Positions 1 through 26,356 of a DNA stretch of 64,000 nucleotides are shown one piece after another. A program made the position numbers and the translations under genes. The notes beneath the pieces were generated by a model. It was given only the letters and a program-made list of their open reading frames with translations. It made no database searches and was not told the DNA's origin. Each line of letters begins with the position of its first letter. Within the stretch, counting starts at the first letter, position 1. Origin of the DNA: Hormiphora californensis (lineage: Eukaryota > Animalia > Ctenophora); NCBI GenBank assembly GCA_020137815.1, contig CM035351.1, positions 5,332,001-5,396,000 on the forward strand, written 5' to 3'.

Positions 1-295
<295 letters not shown>

Positions 296-647
296 GAAAC
301 GCAGACAAATTTCCTCCAATCTCCCTGCCGTTAGCCACACCCGGGGGATCACAGAAAAACAATTATATAACTGAAACAAAACGTAATAAAAGGAATATAT
401 AGGAACTTCTGGTAACAAAATAACACAACATAACAAACTTCTCTCCAATATAAAACCACGCAAATAGCATGTCTTGATCAACGTGTTGATTGATCCACAG
501 GTACTGTCGTTAAATTATACGATTAAATGCTAATCAATGATATCGCTTGTGGTGGGTGTGTCTTTTAATACTCACTCACAGGCTAGAAATAAAAGATAAT
601 TGTCCAAAATCACATACACTGTTGCTCAAAACTGCACAAACATTGAG

Positions 648-2224
648 TCAATAAACCACTTCAACGTGGTCTGCCTGATCGAGGGGATGGTAGATCGGGG
701 ATGTTGAGTGGGGAACATAGTTCCGAAACACATTCCTCGAGGCAAGGACATGAAACCTGTTGTTCACATGGAGTAGATCTATCTCGTTATCTTGGTGGAC
801 GTACTTGCCTTCATATAAACAGGTCCCTCCCTCAGAAAAAACCACACACCTCACACCCAACTTCATCTCCAGCTGTGGGATGTCCTCGAAGGTCCAGGTA
901 TCCTCAATTGTCTTGTTCACGATGTATTTGTTCAGTACAGCCTGGGTCTTCTTCTTTAGAGACTTCCTGCCTGCAAAGGGAGAGAAAACAGTGTTAGAGA
1001 AGTTGAGCAGCTTGATTGGCTTTCTGATGTACTACATCATGTAGGTGAATCAAACCCAAGAGCGCTGGCGAGCGCAGAGAGAATTTGTAAAAAATAATTT
1101 TTACCTTTCCTGTAGATGTTGGTGAGTTGATTCTCCAGCTCTTTCCGACGTTTTGGATCTCGAGTGGCTTTCTTCTGACGGACGATGGCGTTTCTTCGGA
1201 CAGCAACATAGAAACCGTATATCAGTGATGCCTCCTTCCTCTCATCTATGGTAATTATCGATCTTTTCTTTTTCACATCATTGTCTGACATGAGTTTCAC
1301 AGCAGGCTCCTGGTGGTGGACTGTCATCCTCAGTGCGGGCTGGTCAGCCTGGATACATTCCGGGTAGTGTGTGAACAGGTTGTAGATATCAGTGGCAATC
1401 TTCTCTGGCGTGACATCCCATAACCGTCCCTTGATGTGATCTCCAATGGTGGTCCTACTCTTGCTCTCAAGGTACATGCTGAATCTCGAGTTGATGTTGG
1501 AGTTTGTTCTGCATTTGGAAAAAAGGCTCTCGATTGTCTCTTTTAGATTCAGGAAGTTGATGTTGCCGTGGCTGAGCCCGGTAACGAACCAAGTACTGTT
1601 GTAGGGCCCCTCAATTGACAACGAGGCCTGCTCGTATGAGCTCAAAAGGCGTACCACAGTATCAACTGAATCTGGTAACGGGGCATGAGACGACTTCAAT
1701 CCTAGCGACTCCTCTGTCTCCCTTTTGATAGCAGGAATCGAAGACAAAAACTTGGAAATTGAGTCCATTGTATACCCATAGGGAGTGTTTAGCGGAGAGT
1801 TGTGAACAGGACTAGGAGGCTCTTGGTGCAAGCTGTCTGGTTCACGTTTCAGTTTTGGAACACAGGTCTCGATTGGCAATGGAACGGGCATTACTGGGTA
1901 CTCACAATTATAGGGGCCGGGTGGATGAAATGGCCAGTGTGTAGTAGGGAAAGCAACATGTTCCTCTGGATGCTCATTCCATTTTATCTCAAAAGCAGGT
2001 GGGGGTGCAATGTATCCCGGTGAGCTGTAGTGATCCTCATAGTGGGATGGTTGTTGAAGTACTTCCGGGTATATCGGGCTAGATGGTTCGTCACAAAGCA
2101 GCTTTTGTCGTTTTGACGGATGGACAATAGCGTCCTCGTAAATATCTCGGTCTGATTGAAGCATAGTGTTTACAATAAACAACGGCGAAACAGAGGTGCC
2201 TTTCAAAGTTGATAACTGAACCAT
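648..2224 (-). CDS. Two-exon orphan gene: Pro-rich N-terminus plus domains resembling the Polinton/Maverick pPolB N-terminal region (terminal-protein-like and inactive vOTU-like)
   Basis: ORFs 1037-2365 and 648-920 are joined in frame by a GT-AG intron 1104-971 (AAAG|gtaaaa ... ccctttgcag|GC), giving ...LTNIYRKGRKSLKKKTQAVLNKYIVNKT.... Candidate ATGs at 2224 and 2164. The domain call rests on motif resemblance (SIITID..EASLIYGFYVA; FEDIPQLE..LGVRCVVFS..CLYEG..EIDLLHVNNRFHVLAS). Confidence 0.7.
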
Positions 2225-3074
2225 AGCGAGTGGCGCGTGTGTTTTTGCTCCGTTGCGATTGGTCAGAGACAAGTACAGGCGTGTGCTCGAGTGCGGGAAC
2301 CTTGCCAGTGAAAACAGAGTTGTGGCTCCCCAAAGGTGCGGCAACTTTTCCAGAGAATCACGCAAGTGCTGTTATAGATCCGTCAGTATAATTAGGGATA
2401 GTGCCGGGAGAGAGGGCCCCGCTCTGGAAAATAGCCTGCTTCATGGTAAAGAAGTAGTCAAAACGATACCTAGCACTCAAAATTAGAGATTTAGCGATCG
2501 CTGTTAATTCAAGGCGAGTTAATCGATCCGCTCATCTGCACATCAGTCACGAGTCACATGGGGTAAGGATCCTGATTCACGCCCTAGCTTCCATTTATAG
2601 TTGTACCATCTTTCACCCGGAATATTCGAACCATTCAGTACTTAAAATCATGTACCGGTATCGGAAACTAAATAATTGAATATTAAGGTGCAGTCGCTCA
2701 TTACAAAATGTATACAAGTTAATAAGGAGCTGACCCTTTTTTGTTCTCAATGAGACAGTTATCTTGATTTTCACACCCTTCTCCCCAATTCACTGCCAAA
2801 ATGTCAGTTTAGAATTTATTAGCAATACAGGTTATATGTTTGCCTGAACATACTCCCTGTTTGGCCCAATCGGGCTGAAACATGCCAGAAAACGTGGACA
2901 ACTTTTCACAATCAATTGCCATGTTTTTGGGCATGCTATTGCTAAAAACTTCCATTGCATGCGTGTGGTAGAAAATTGAAAATTATGCCCATCGGTTAAT
3001 CCAAAAATATATCAGCAAGTCAATGCCGTGTTTCATTGTCAGTGAGTAAATGAGGACTGTCTCAGTTCTCACGA

Positions 3075-3466
3075 TCTGTCATTCTGTCTGTCATTCTGTC
3101 TTTCATGTCCCTCATGATCATCACATAATCTCATCTTTCCGGCCTAGCTTTGTCATTTGGTATCCCTTTCAGCCTGTTTGTCTGTCTGTCTGCCTATCTG
3201 TCCCTCAATCATTCGGCAAGTCTTTCTGATTATCTTTCTCTCCGTCTCTCTGTCTGTCTCTTTGTCTGTCACTCTGTCTGCATGTCTCTCTATCTCTATC
3301 TCTCTGCCCCTCTTTCTTTCTGCCTCTGTCTCTCCGTCTCTCTGTCTATCTGTCTCTCTGTCTGCCTCTCTGTCTGCCTCTCTGTCTGTCTCTCTGTCTG
3401 TCACTCTGTCCGTCACTCTGTCTGTATGTATCTCTATCTCTCTATCTCTCTTTCTCTCTCTCCCTC

Positions 3467-3542
<76 letters not shown>

Positions 3543-3563
3543 CCCCTCTCTCTCTCTCTCTCC
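3075..3563. repeat. (TCTG)n/(CT)n microsatellite
   Basis: Degenerate TCTG followed by a CT tandem; explains the spurious ORFs at 3150-3779. Confidence 0.93.
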
Positions 3564-6500
3564 CAACATGAACTATCTGTATCCTTCCTTCCTTTTCTCT
3601 CTTCAGGTTTTTCGGGAGTGAAGCATTCTCGGCCAATTTTCTTTTCAATCTCTCAGTCCCGGTTGAAGTTTGCAAACAAATATTATAAGGATTTTGAAAC
3701 ATCGCCTTTTGCTTATCTTGAAAGATTTCACTGCCACTCTCACTTTGCGGTTGCTCTATCACAGGAAAATCGACTGTAGAGTTAGGTGATGTATTTGTAA
3801 AATGAAAACACTCAATGAGGCAATACTAACTGAGCTCCTGGCCCTGGGACAAAATATTTACAGTTTCCCATTTCCATCCTATGAGCCTGGAACACGATGA
3901 ACTTTGTAATTAGAGAATGCGAATCAGGCCCTGAGGGGAAATTGAGACATTATACCGCTCAAAATACAACTTGGACGCCCAACCATTCTCTCTACCCCCG
4001 ATTCTCTCAGCAGTCATTGATCATTATAGCGGTTGAATGTCACCACTAGATGTCAGACTCATAATACGGCTTTCCTTTGTTTTATCCTTTCTGGGATAAC
4101 TGCCCCCCCCCTCACCCCTACCTTTTCCCATGTACTTATTGCATGGAACTGAGATGGAACTCCGGGGCGCAAATTGGTACCGATGCAATCCTTGGCCTTG
4201 AAAAGATAATTGAAATTGGGAGAGAAAGAGAACAAGAAAGATCCGATAAGAGAGAGAGAGGGGTTGGAAAAGGGTTTATAAACAAAATAATTGCAAGGAT
4301 CAGGGCTAAATGGAAGGACTTGTAACTCAAAATTACTTAATGAGAAAATTATAAGGGGCAGGTGCTTGAGATCCTCTTGTATTTATCCCTCTTTGGAGTT
4401 TGTGATGACAGCAAACCAATGTGCTCATGTTTACGCCTGGGTACCTTGCACTTGTGTGGAGGATATAAAATGCGACAAATTGCAAAATTGCGGCTGTTTA
4501 CAACCCGGTAAATGACGGGATGGCGGCGATGCTTAGCACGGCGAAGTAGCGCACTCCAAGCATAATTACAGTGGGCTCAATAATTATAGATCAAAGGAGG
4601 GAGAGCACTCTGTATCAGTTTGTCTGTGCAGGAATTGGGGATTGGTGATGTGGAAAGACACGAAGGAGTTGCGATTTGAGCCCAGGTGGGCCCATTTGGC
4701 TATCTATCATACCAATTTCTCCCTAGTTTGAGTTAGAAGTGAATCATGTAATCACGTGTGCTTAGCATTGGCGGGACTTCGATTGTCGAATGATACAAAA
4801 AAAGCTAAGTCGAAAGCGGTAATTATGAAATTAGACAGTAGTTATTTACCTTTGATCTCACTTTCAAGTGCCCTCCACTTTCGCGTTCAGGAACTGTACC
4901 TACGTGTCGACCACATGAGTGATGGGGGACAGTGAAAAATACAAAAGTACTTTAATCATGATAGTTCCATAATTGCCGGTCGTATATCGAGAGTTTCTCC
5001 AGCCGGATCGTCAAAATGGTACCCATGGTAATTACGCTAGACAGTATGGGTTTTGGAATCACGCCAAAACTTTTGTCGCACAACTGATATAATTTGACTT
5101 TGCTATTATGATCATAGCGTTGTAGGTATATCACTAACAAGTCTAGACGCTCTCTTTCTCTCTATCTTTCTCTCTCTCACTCTCGCAGTCTCCCTCTCTC
5201 TCAGTCGATCTCCCTCTCTTTCTGCTTCTAATGACTAGTGCAGGGTGTTATAATTTACCCAGGCTGGTATATAATCCCCGGGGAATTCCTAAATAGTTAA
5301 TTATCATGTAATGACTTAAACTAACGCCGTAATAATATTCAACTCGTGCCAATTAGCTTCTTCATCACACTTCTTTAGTGGGAGATGGGACCCTGTTCGA
5401 CCCTTTCTCTCCACACCCCCAAGGGAGATTGTTATGGATGGATATTTCACCAGCTTCTCTCTCTCAGTCTATATTCATTCCTGCCGTGCCGCCGTCAGTT
5501 GGCGGTTGTATTTGACTGCCTCCTACAAACCGCTATCCATGGGAGCTCAGAGATATATTTGGCAGTAAAACTAGGATGGCACACTATGATACCCCCACAC
5601 CTGTGCGTTTTGTAAGTTCGAGGGACCATGATATGAAGCACAAAATAAACGATAGCAAACACACTGTCATTTTCATCTTTCCCTTCTCCGATCCCCCAAA
5701 TCTTCCGCCCCTTTCCCCTTTTTCTATATGCTATTACATACTTCGGTAGACAAGGGTCACCCCGGCCCTAAAAAATCTCCAAAGAGGTATTCATTGGATC
5801 ACCCTATCAGGGTGACCCTGAACCATAAAATCAATCATGCAATGAATCCATGAATTGACTACACTTTTTAGCCACTTAAATTTTGGCCCGGCCATGATAT
5901 TACATTTGTTTACAAAATAGAGTACCTGGCCGCACCCCAAAGGTTTTTAACTTCCAAAACTTTGTTATTATACGGATAACCATGTCAAAACAAGATGATA
6001 CACACCGTGCACCCCCATCTGAAGTTGCTCCAAGATTAGTGGAGGTGATGAATAAGCCATTCATTGGTAATTATCGTTCCCTAGCTCACAACAATATTTT
6101 TAATTTTTGGCAGTTTTTGTGTGGGAATAATCAACACATTGGCACGGGCAAAACTCCCAATTGCATGGGTGGCTATGTGATGTGTTAACACTCTAGTTTG
6201 GCACGTGTGGGGGTGGTGGTTGTTATGTCGGCGCCTGCCCTCGGCAAAAAACACACTTCGCAGCACAAGAGAGAGCGGCATTCTGGGGCTTCTAGTGAGA
6301 ACCTTCACGGAACCGCAGATCGATGCCAAGTAACGTGTGAGAACGTGTAGTTTTGACAAAGTTTGATAGGTGTGGACATGAGATTAAACAAGTCGCCACA
6401 CTTAACAAATTATAGGAAGGCCATTAAGCCATTCAGTCTGGCGCCTCAAGGACAATGCAGCAGCTGCATTGTTCTAGGGTTGTCATGCTGGCCCTTTCTG

Positions 6501-6594
6501 GGGCTAAGGAATGGTAGCCTTGATAAAGTTCACATTACGTCACTGCTACTACCGGTTACAGTGTTCAGACTGTCTCCCTCAGAATCAGTTATGA

Positions 6595-6901
6595 GTTAGG
6601 ACACAGTTAGTGCACAGTTAGGACACATTTAACGCACAGTTAGGACACATTTAGGGCACAGTTAGGGCACATTTAGGACAAATTTAGGGCACATTTAGGA
6701 CACAGTTAGGACACATTTAGCGCACAGTTAGGACATATTTAGGACACAGTTAGCACACATTTAGGGCACAGTTAGGACATATTTAGTGCACAGTTAGGAC
6801 ACATTTAGGGCACAGTTAGGACATATTTAGTGCACAGTTAGGACACATTTAGGACACAGTTAGGACATATTTAGTGCACAGTTAGGACACATTTAGGACA
6901 C
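6595..6901. repeat. 11-bp minisatellite (TTAGGACACA[G/T], TTAGGGCACAG, TTAGTGCACAG) with 22-bp higher-order period
   Basis: About 28 tandem units read directly. Confidence 0.92.
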
Positions 6902-7580
6902 CACTCACATGAACCAGTTATGACAATGGTCGAAGTAAGGACATATCTCACCGGTAAATTTAGGGTGACAGTCACGACACAAGAACAAGCTTCGAAATGT
7001 TTCCATTTCTTGAATTACTCTGAATTAATTCATGAAGTTTGGGAAGCTTGTCCTTGTAGAAATGGAAAAGTCGAGATTTTATCAAGTAAACGAATCCATC
7101 CATCAAGTAAGTATATAACTGTCCAATTAAATAGATCAAAATTGACCATAAAAACAAACTCATTTACACGTAATCCTCCAGGCGACTAGATCACTTCCTT
7201 ATCAATGAAAAAGCAAAGATGAAACATGAAAAAAAACTAGGCCAAGTTTCTTAAGTTTAGTCTAGTCACCGGAAAAGGAGATAATGGGTATATCTTGGCA
7301 ATAGGCTTTCTTTGGGGTGCAAAAAATAACGTATTGATCTCATAATGATGCAAATTTTCTCCACTCTTCTTTTTCAATCTACAGTCTCTATCTGGCTCGG
7401 TCACATTATATTTATATAATATATTCTGATGGGTAAATGAAACATAACAACAACAAATTTAGAGTCCATCTCTGTTTTTCGCTCTCTGATCGAGTCTCTC
7501 GTTCTCTGTCAGATACATTTATCACTGTATTACAGCTCTGGTCGTCCTCTCATGCGTGTCATTCAACACGTCGAGACTCG

Positions 7581-20825
<13,245 letters not shown>

Positions 20826-21727
20826 ACTCTGTGATCTTCACATTTCGCTAAGTGGGGAAGATGAAAAGTGATGTCTTTAAATTAGTTAGTTGGTATTGAC
20901 AGTTATATTTGTAGAGGGAAGCAATAAAATATAGTGCATATTATAACCGGGGATATATTGAGGTGCGAGTTTAATTAAAAGAGCTCAGCTCGGAGATCCT
21001 GCCTTTGTTGTTAGTGATGCCGCACCTCCGCATCTAGACACGATCCTCTTGCTACAACGCATGAACATTGTGTCCAAAGGAGCCCCTTGTGGCTTGTGTA
21101 CCCTTATATTTTAACAGATTGGCGGTCACTCGTCGTAACTTATCCATGACTCTTGGCTCTAACTACATCACTGTTTCAACTCGGTCCCTTCCTACAGTAA
21201 CACCCCAGTCCCCAGAGCCCCCAAACTATGGCAGTGTGTACGGTGGTATCGAGTTTCCAATATATTCACGATAATGTCATAGCTGTGAATTAACTACGAG
21301 TAATATTATATGCTCCCTTCATACGCAACTACGAGTTTCGAATACACAGAGAGACCTACCATTCGAATATGTTATGTGGTCAACTCTTAATGTCACTTTC
21401 TCTCTTTCTCCCGTCTCAATGGAATTCAGGGGAGGACATGACAAATTACAATTACACACCCAACTCATAACTTTCAAGACTGTCTCGTTTTAGATCAGTC
21501 CCGTACAGTGTACAATGACGTATCATATGAGCAACTATACGAAATCTTTTCTCGACATGGGACTCTGACCTTTTTCATAGTAGCATGACTGAAGCAGCGT
21601 ATAACCTGCCTGATACATTCAATGGGATGTGTTTCCACTATTAACTGGATAAATGTGCATAAAGGTACACACCATTCAGGAGCGGGTGTAAACAAGGAAA
21701 ACGTTTCTCTCTCACTCCCCCTCTCTT

Positions 21728-21843
<116 letters not shown>

Positions 21844-22962
21844 CTTCACTCTCTTGATCTCCCTCTCCTACCTCTCTGTCACTATTTCTGTAAGTGTTTC
21901 TCTATCTTCATATTTCTACAACTACAACTTCCCCAGTTCATACCAGTCCAGCCAATATACTTTCTCTCTATTCACCCCCATGTCTCTCACTAAGGGTGGA
22001 GTATCTATTTGTTACGTCATTTTGCTGCAGAAGCCACCCTGCAACCCGCTCGATTAGGGTAATTGTCCCAGTCTACATCACCAGCAACTGCAGGGGGACA
22101 ACATATAACATGTACTATGGGGGAACATATGTCATCACTTGAGAAATGGGCATGTTCGTTATCTGAATATCTATTAATAGGCCGGGGAGGTGAACAGAGT
22201 TACTCTCACCAAACAATCTTCTTACATCGTTGACTCTGATTTCTTCGGCAAAAGTAACAATCTCACTTTCAGATTTGAAGATTCCCATAATGCATAGTGC
22301 ATGTGACACTTGAATGTGTCCCAAGTAAAGCCTTTAGTATAGGAGAACTATCTTCCGAGGGGAAAGAGGTGTATAGCACTGGGTAATTAAGAATACGACA
22401 TCAAAGGCTGGCCAACACTTGAGTCGCCTGACACTGTGTTCGTAAAAAGAAAGTATGAACAATTCAACACATGCCGTTCTATCTGAGTATGTATTTTCTG
22501 GCACTACAATACCTTGCCTTGAATACCGAAGTTTCTCCCTGGGATTAATTTTCTATCTTATCTGAAAACGGAGTTAATCCTCAACCATCTGTACCCTCTT
22601 GGACCCTTGTCTCGAAGACGCCTACTTTGAGTTCAACGATGGGTTCTCCTCTGGCTATGGTCTTGGCTGATAATCGTGTAACGGAACAGAAGCAGCACCC
22701 TCCGAAACCCTTCTCTGACCCTCGTACCACTTCTTACTTCGTAGATTATAGGACTTCTATTTTCTAAGCCGAGCCTGTCTTTTCCTTGCTCATGATCTCA
22801 AGTACATCATTTAGCATCCTAAGGATGGTCTTCTCCCCTTACTCGGCTTCCTCCCCCATCCCAACCTCTCTACATCTTTCCACCGGAAACCTACCCATCC
22901 CAACCTCTATCTCAATTACAAATCCTCCTGCTTCAATACACCACTCCGTCATCCAGTCCTTA

Positions 22963-25017
22963 TTATTATTATTATTAAATCTGTTTACAATAATTTGACA
23001 CTGTCAATATTGTCCTCCTATTTGCGAGGAAAATGGAACTCTCTAGGTCTCTTTCACACTTTCTCAGCTGTCAGATCATACAAAAAAATATAAAATGTCG
23101 ATTAAAATACTGATTAGATAATGATTGTGATTAAAATATATTGTAAATTGATTAAATAAGTTAGTTAAAAATTCACTCCTTGGAGTGCGATTCGTACACA
23201 GTGTGTACGTCTCGTGCTGGTCAGTTATACATTTACAATTGATTAAAATTTAAACCTATTACACAAGTAGTTCATCTCCAAATAAAGATTGTTCTATCAC
23301 AGCTCTAACTAGCTTTCTAAAGTTCGATTTTACCTGTTTGTCTTTGGAGAAAATTAGTGGAAGATGGAAGTTCATTTCATAGGAAGATATCACCCTTAGT
23401 TCCTCACGGAGCTCTTCCACATCTTTTATCGCAGAACATTCGAACAATTTGTGGGATGTTGAATCTGGGAGTTGGCCACATTCAAGACAATTGGGAACTG
23501 TGAGTGATCGCTCGTATCTCAGGTAACTGAAGCTGAAGTCTTGAAAGCGTAAGGATCTGCCGTGTACAAAGTCTAAGACCTGAGATGAGTTCTGTCGGGA
23601 CATGTTTCTTGGAACTATGGGGAAATCCAAAATGGCCTCTGAGTTTATAAGGCTGGCGAGCTCTTCTTGAGAGTGAATAGGAAGTATGCTGAAAGGGTCA
23701 TCTCGAGTCAAATGGTTAATCGATGATTTGAGTGACCGGTCCCATAAACTACATTTGTACTGTCTCATTTCCTCTTTTGAGTACAGGAAAGTGTCCGGCT
23801 CTAAACTTCCCAAGTTAATAGTTCTGATTGAATCTCTGTTAGAATCCTGGATCTGCACACCGTCTAGTTGATTCGACTTCCAAACCAAATACCTTTTGGT
23901 AGCAGCAATCTGCCAGAAGAACACATGATTTTGTTCCGCTTCAATTTGTAGTAGTTTAGCTGATATATTATCTTTAGCTGCAAGGCCTTTTAGGACAAAT
24001 TTGGTTACCACTGTTTCCACAAGAACGTCAATAGGAGGTACGCATGCTAGGAGTTCTGACAGAGGTTTGGCTATGTGAACTTGTCCCCCTGTTATCTTCA
24101 GCCGTGCTCGGGAAAGAAGATCTCCGAAGAAGTCCGTTCGCTGTCTTAACCAAACTGGTGCTGCATAAAGGATCTTTGTCAAGATTACTGTTCTGAATAG
24201 TAGCGAAAGCCCCGAACTGTTAATCCCTGTCAGTCGACCAGTCATTGAGGTTAATGTGTTCCAGTTAAACCAGCATCTTTTCAGTACATCAGCAGCATGA
24301 GTCATGAAATTTAAGTTACTATCAATGTAAACCCCAAGGACTTTACTATTCTTGGCAAAAGAGACAACTTTATTTCCAATCTTCAGTTGCTGAGGTGATG
24401 CACTATCATCTGATGAACCCCTTGGTCTGATGATGACAATCTCTGTTTTATTTCTATCGCAGTTCACCGCTAGTCTCCACTTCCGACACCAGTTGTGAAT
24501 GTAGTCCAAAACTATTGCCATAGTTCTCTCGCATTGAGTCTGGTCTCCAAAAACCAACACAGATCCGTCGTCGGCGAACTTAAATGCTTCAGTCCTACAT
24601 CTCACCTCCTCCGGCATATTTTTGGTGCAGAGTAAGTCAGAGATGTAGAGAATGAATAGGATTGGAGAGAGGACTGCCCCCTGGGGAAGGCCTACTCTTC
24701 CACATCTACGGAGTGGGCCAAGAACTCCATTGATCTTCAAACGAACACTTCTTTGTGAAAGCATGTTGTCGATAAGGTTCAACAGCATTCCATTGATTCC
24801 AAGTTTATGGAGCTTCACAATCAAACACTCATGGGGAACTGAGTCAAAAGCTTTTTGGAAATCTATACACAACAGAAAGGCTGTCAGCTTTCTTCTGCGT
24901 GTTTCATGAACGGTCGATAGCAGCTTGAAGAGATAGCGAGTGGTGTTTCGTGCCGGTAGGAAGCCCTCTTGTTCCTCATCTGGTATTGATTCCATGGCGC
25001 AAAGATCTTTAATTCTT
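22963..25017 (-). mobile_element. 5'-truncated non-LTR retrotransposon (LINE) with (TAA)n tail and 8-bp TSD
   Basis: TSD AGTCCTTA at 22955-22962 and 25018-25025; (TAA)n tail at ~22963-22977; RT ORF inside. Confidence 0.9.
23259..24995 (-). CDS. LINE ORF2 fragment: reverse transcriptase plus C-terminal CCHC motif
   Basis: QEGF, IDFQKAFDSVPH, GLPQGAVLSPILFILYISD, FADD, KVLGVYID, and CLECG..DSTSHKLFEC. The frame is open up to the truncation point; no endonuclease domain is present. Confidence 0.93.
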   Translation of the reverse strand: MESIPDEEQEGFLPARNTTRYLFKLLSTVHETRRRKLTAFLLCIDFQKAFDSVPHECLIVKLHKLGINGMLLNLIDNMLSQRSVRLKINGVLGPLRRCGRVGLPQGAVLSPILFILYISDLLCTKNMPEEVRCRTEAFKFADDGSVLVFGDQTQCERTMAIVLDYIHNWCRKWRLAVNCDRNKTEIVIIRPRGSSDDSASPQQLKIGNKVVSFAKNSKVLGVYIDSNLNFMTHAADVLKRCWFNWNTLTSMTGRLTGINSSGLSLLFRTVILTKILYAAPVWLRQRTDFFGDLLSRARLKITGGQVHIAKPLSELLACVPPIDVLVETVVTKFVLKGLAAKDNISAKLLQIEAEQNHVFFWQIAATKRYLVWKSNQLDGVQIQDSNRDSIRTINLGSLEPDTFLYSKEEMRQYKCSLWDRSLKSSINHLTRDDPFSILPIHSQEELASLINSEAILDFPIVPRNMSRQNSSQVLDFVHGRSLRFQDFSFSYLRYERSLTVPNCLECGQLPDSTSHKLFECSAIKDVEELREELRVISSYEMNFHLPLIFSKDKQVKSNFRKLVRAVIEQSLFGDELLV

Positions 25018-25777
25018 AGTCCTTAACCCATCGGGCCTACAATATCTGCCCTCCTCAGCACTTCGAAGGGGAACTCGGCACGGTTTATAACATCTCCGTA
25101 ACAGAATTTCTCCTTACGAAATGTCCACTGTCGAGACCGCCTCCCAAACCGACTAAATCCACGCCCCTTCTTCTTTTGTCCATCGTGTAGTATAATTGTT
25201 TATTGCCCTACCTCTATCATCTCTGACAGCTGACTGACCTCCCCTCTCGACTCAAAGTTTGAGTCTCAAACGAGTGACATATGCAGTGCGGGAAGGCAGC
25301 ACTTTTCAGCTCAAATGAACTGTCAGCCGCTACAACAAATATGTAACCTTCTCCTCACGACTAATCTTCTACCTCACGGATATTCAGAGTTTTTGTTATT
25401 CTCTCTGTGGCTGGACAAATGAATCAGACGGGTATAATGACGCTACCAGTTTCGAGGATCTACCTCTTCATCGGGCTACAAAAATAAATAGTGTTAATTA
25501 TAAATATATAGTAAAAACTAAAATCACACACGTCAATCAACATAAAATTATAAATCAGCACTTTAATAATAAACTAAACACTGTACAGAGGAGCAAGTCT
25601 CATATGAACAGTACAGAGTGAACTGAAGTTACCGTTACAATACAGCAGGTGAGATGAAGTGATAAACAAATAGGGCGTGCATGAGGTGATACACAAGGAC
25701 TATCACAAATTAATACAAACTATTACGCACACAAACACACGAACCCACTGGACAACAACAACAACAGCAACTAAATA

Positions 25778-26355
25778 TTAAATTAAATATCTCGTAAGTT
25801 CGGAACATTCCTCTTTATTGTTCATACCAGGTCTCAGTTTCTGTATATACATGGCCTCTAAAATTTTCCTCTTTAAAATGTTTCTCTCGGTGGTTAATAT
25901 CTTAAAACTGAGTTTAGGGGGTGTGTTTTTATGACGTGATGTGTAATGAATGGCTAGAGGGGTATCAATGTAGCTCGGCGCATTAGGATTGTTAGCATTG
26001 CGGGAATGTTCTGACAATCTGTCGTGTACCGACCTACAAGACTCTCCCACATAGATTTCACCACACAATAAACATGTTATCTGGTACACTGGTGACATGG
26101 TGTTACACGAGCCCTTCTCGAGTCTTTCACAAATATTACAATTTTTCGCAAGACACTCTAGATTGTCGTGAGGACGTGAGCTACATAGCATGTCTCTCAA
26201 GCGGGTGCCTGGGGTGAAGACTAAATCGATTGGCAGAGCTCTGGCGGTGATAAACTTACGTATTTCACCACTCACAGTTTCAGAAACATACGGTAATTTC
26301 AACATCACATTGTTATTACCCTTTGTCAACCTACCCCGGGTTCTCTGTTCTCCAA
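25778..26355 (-). CDS. Penelope GIY-YIG endonuclease C-terminal fragment (left arm)
   Basis: LKLPYVSE, VYQITCLLCGEIYVGESCRSVHDRLSEH, RKILEAMYIQKLRPGMN; 5'-truncated at the palindrome centre. Confidence 0.88.
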
Positions 26356-26356
26356 A

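Noticed and set aside
3150-3779. Long SLSLSL/ERERER/HSLT ORFs (also 12156, 19508, 32023-33169, 37472-38248, 44260-45505, 47488-48204)
   Set aside because: Stop-free translations of microsatellites, not genes.
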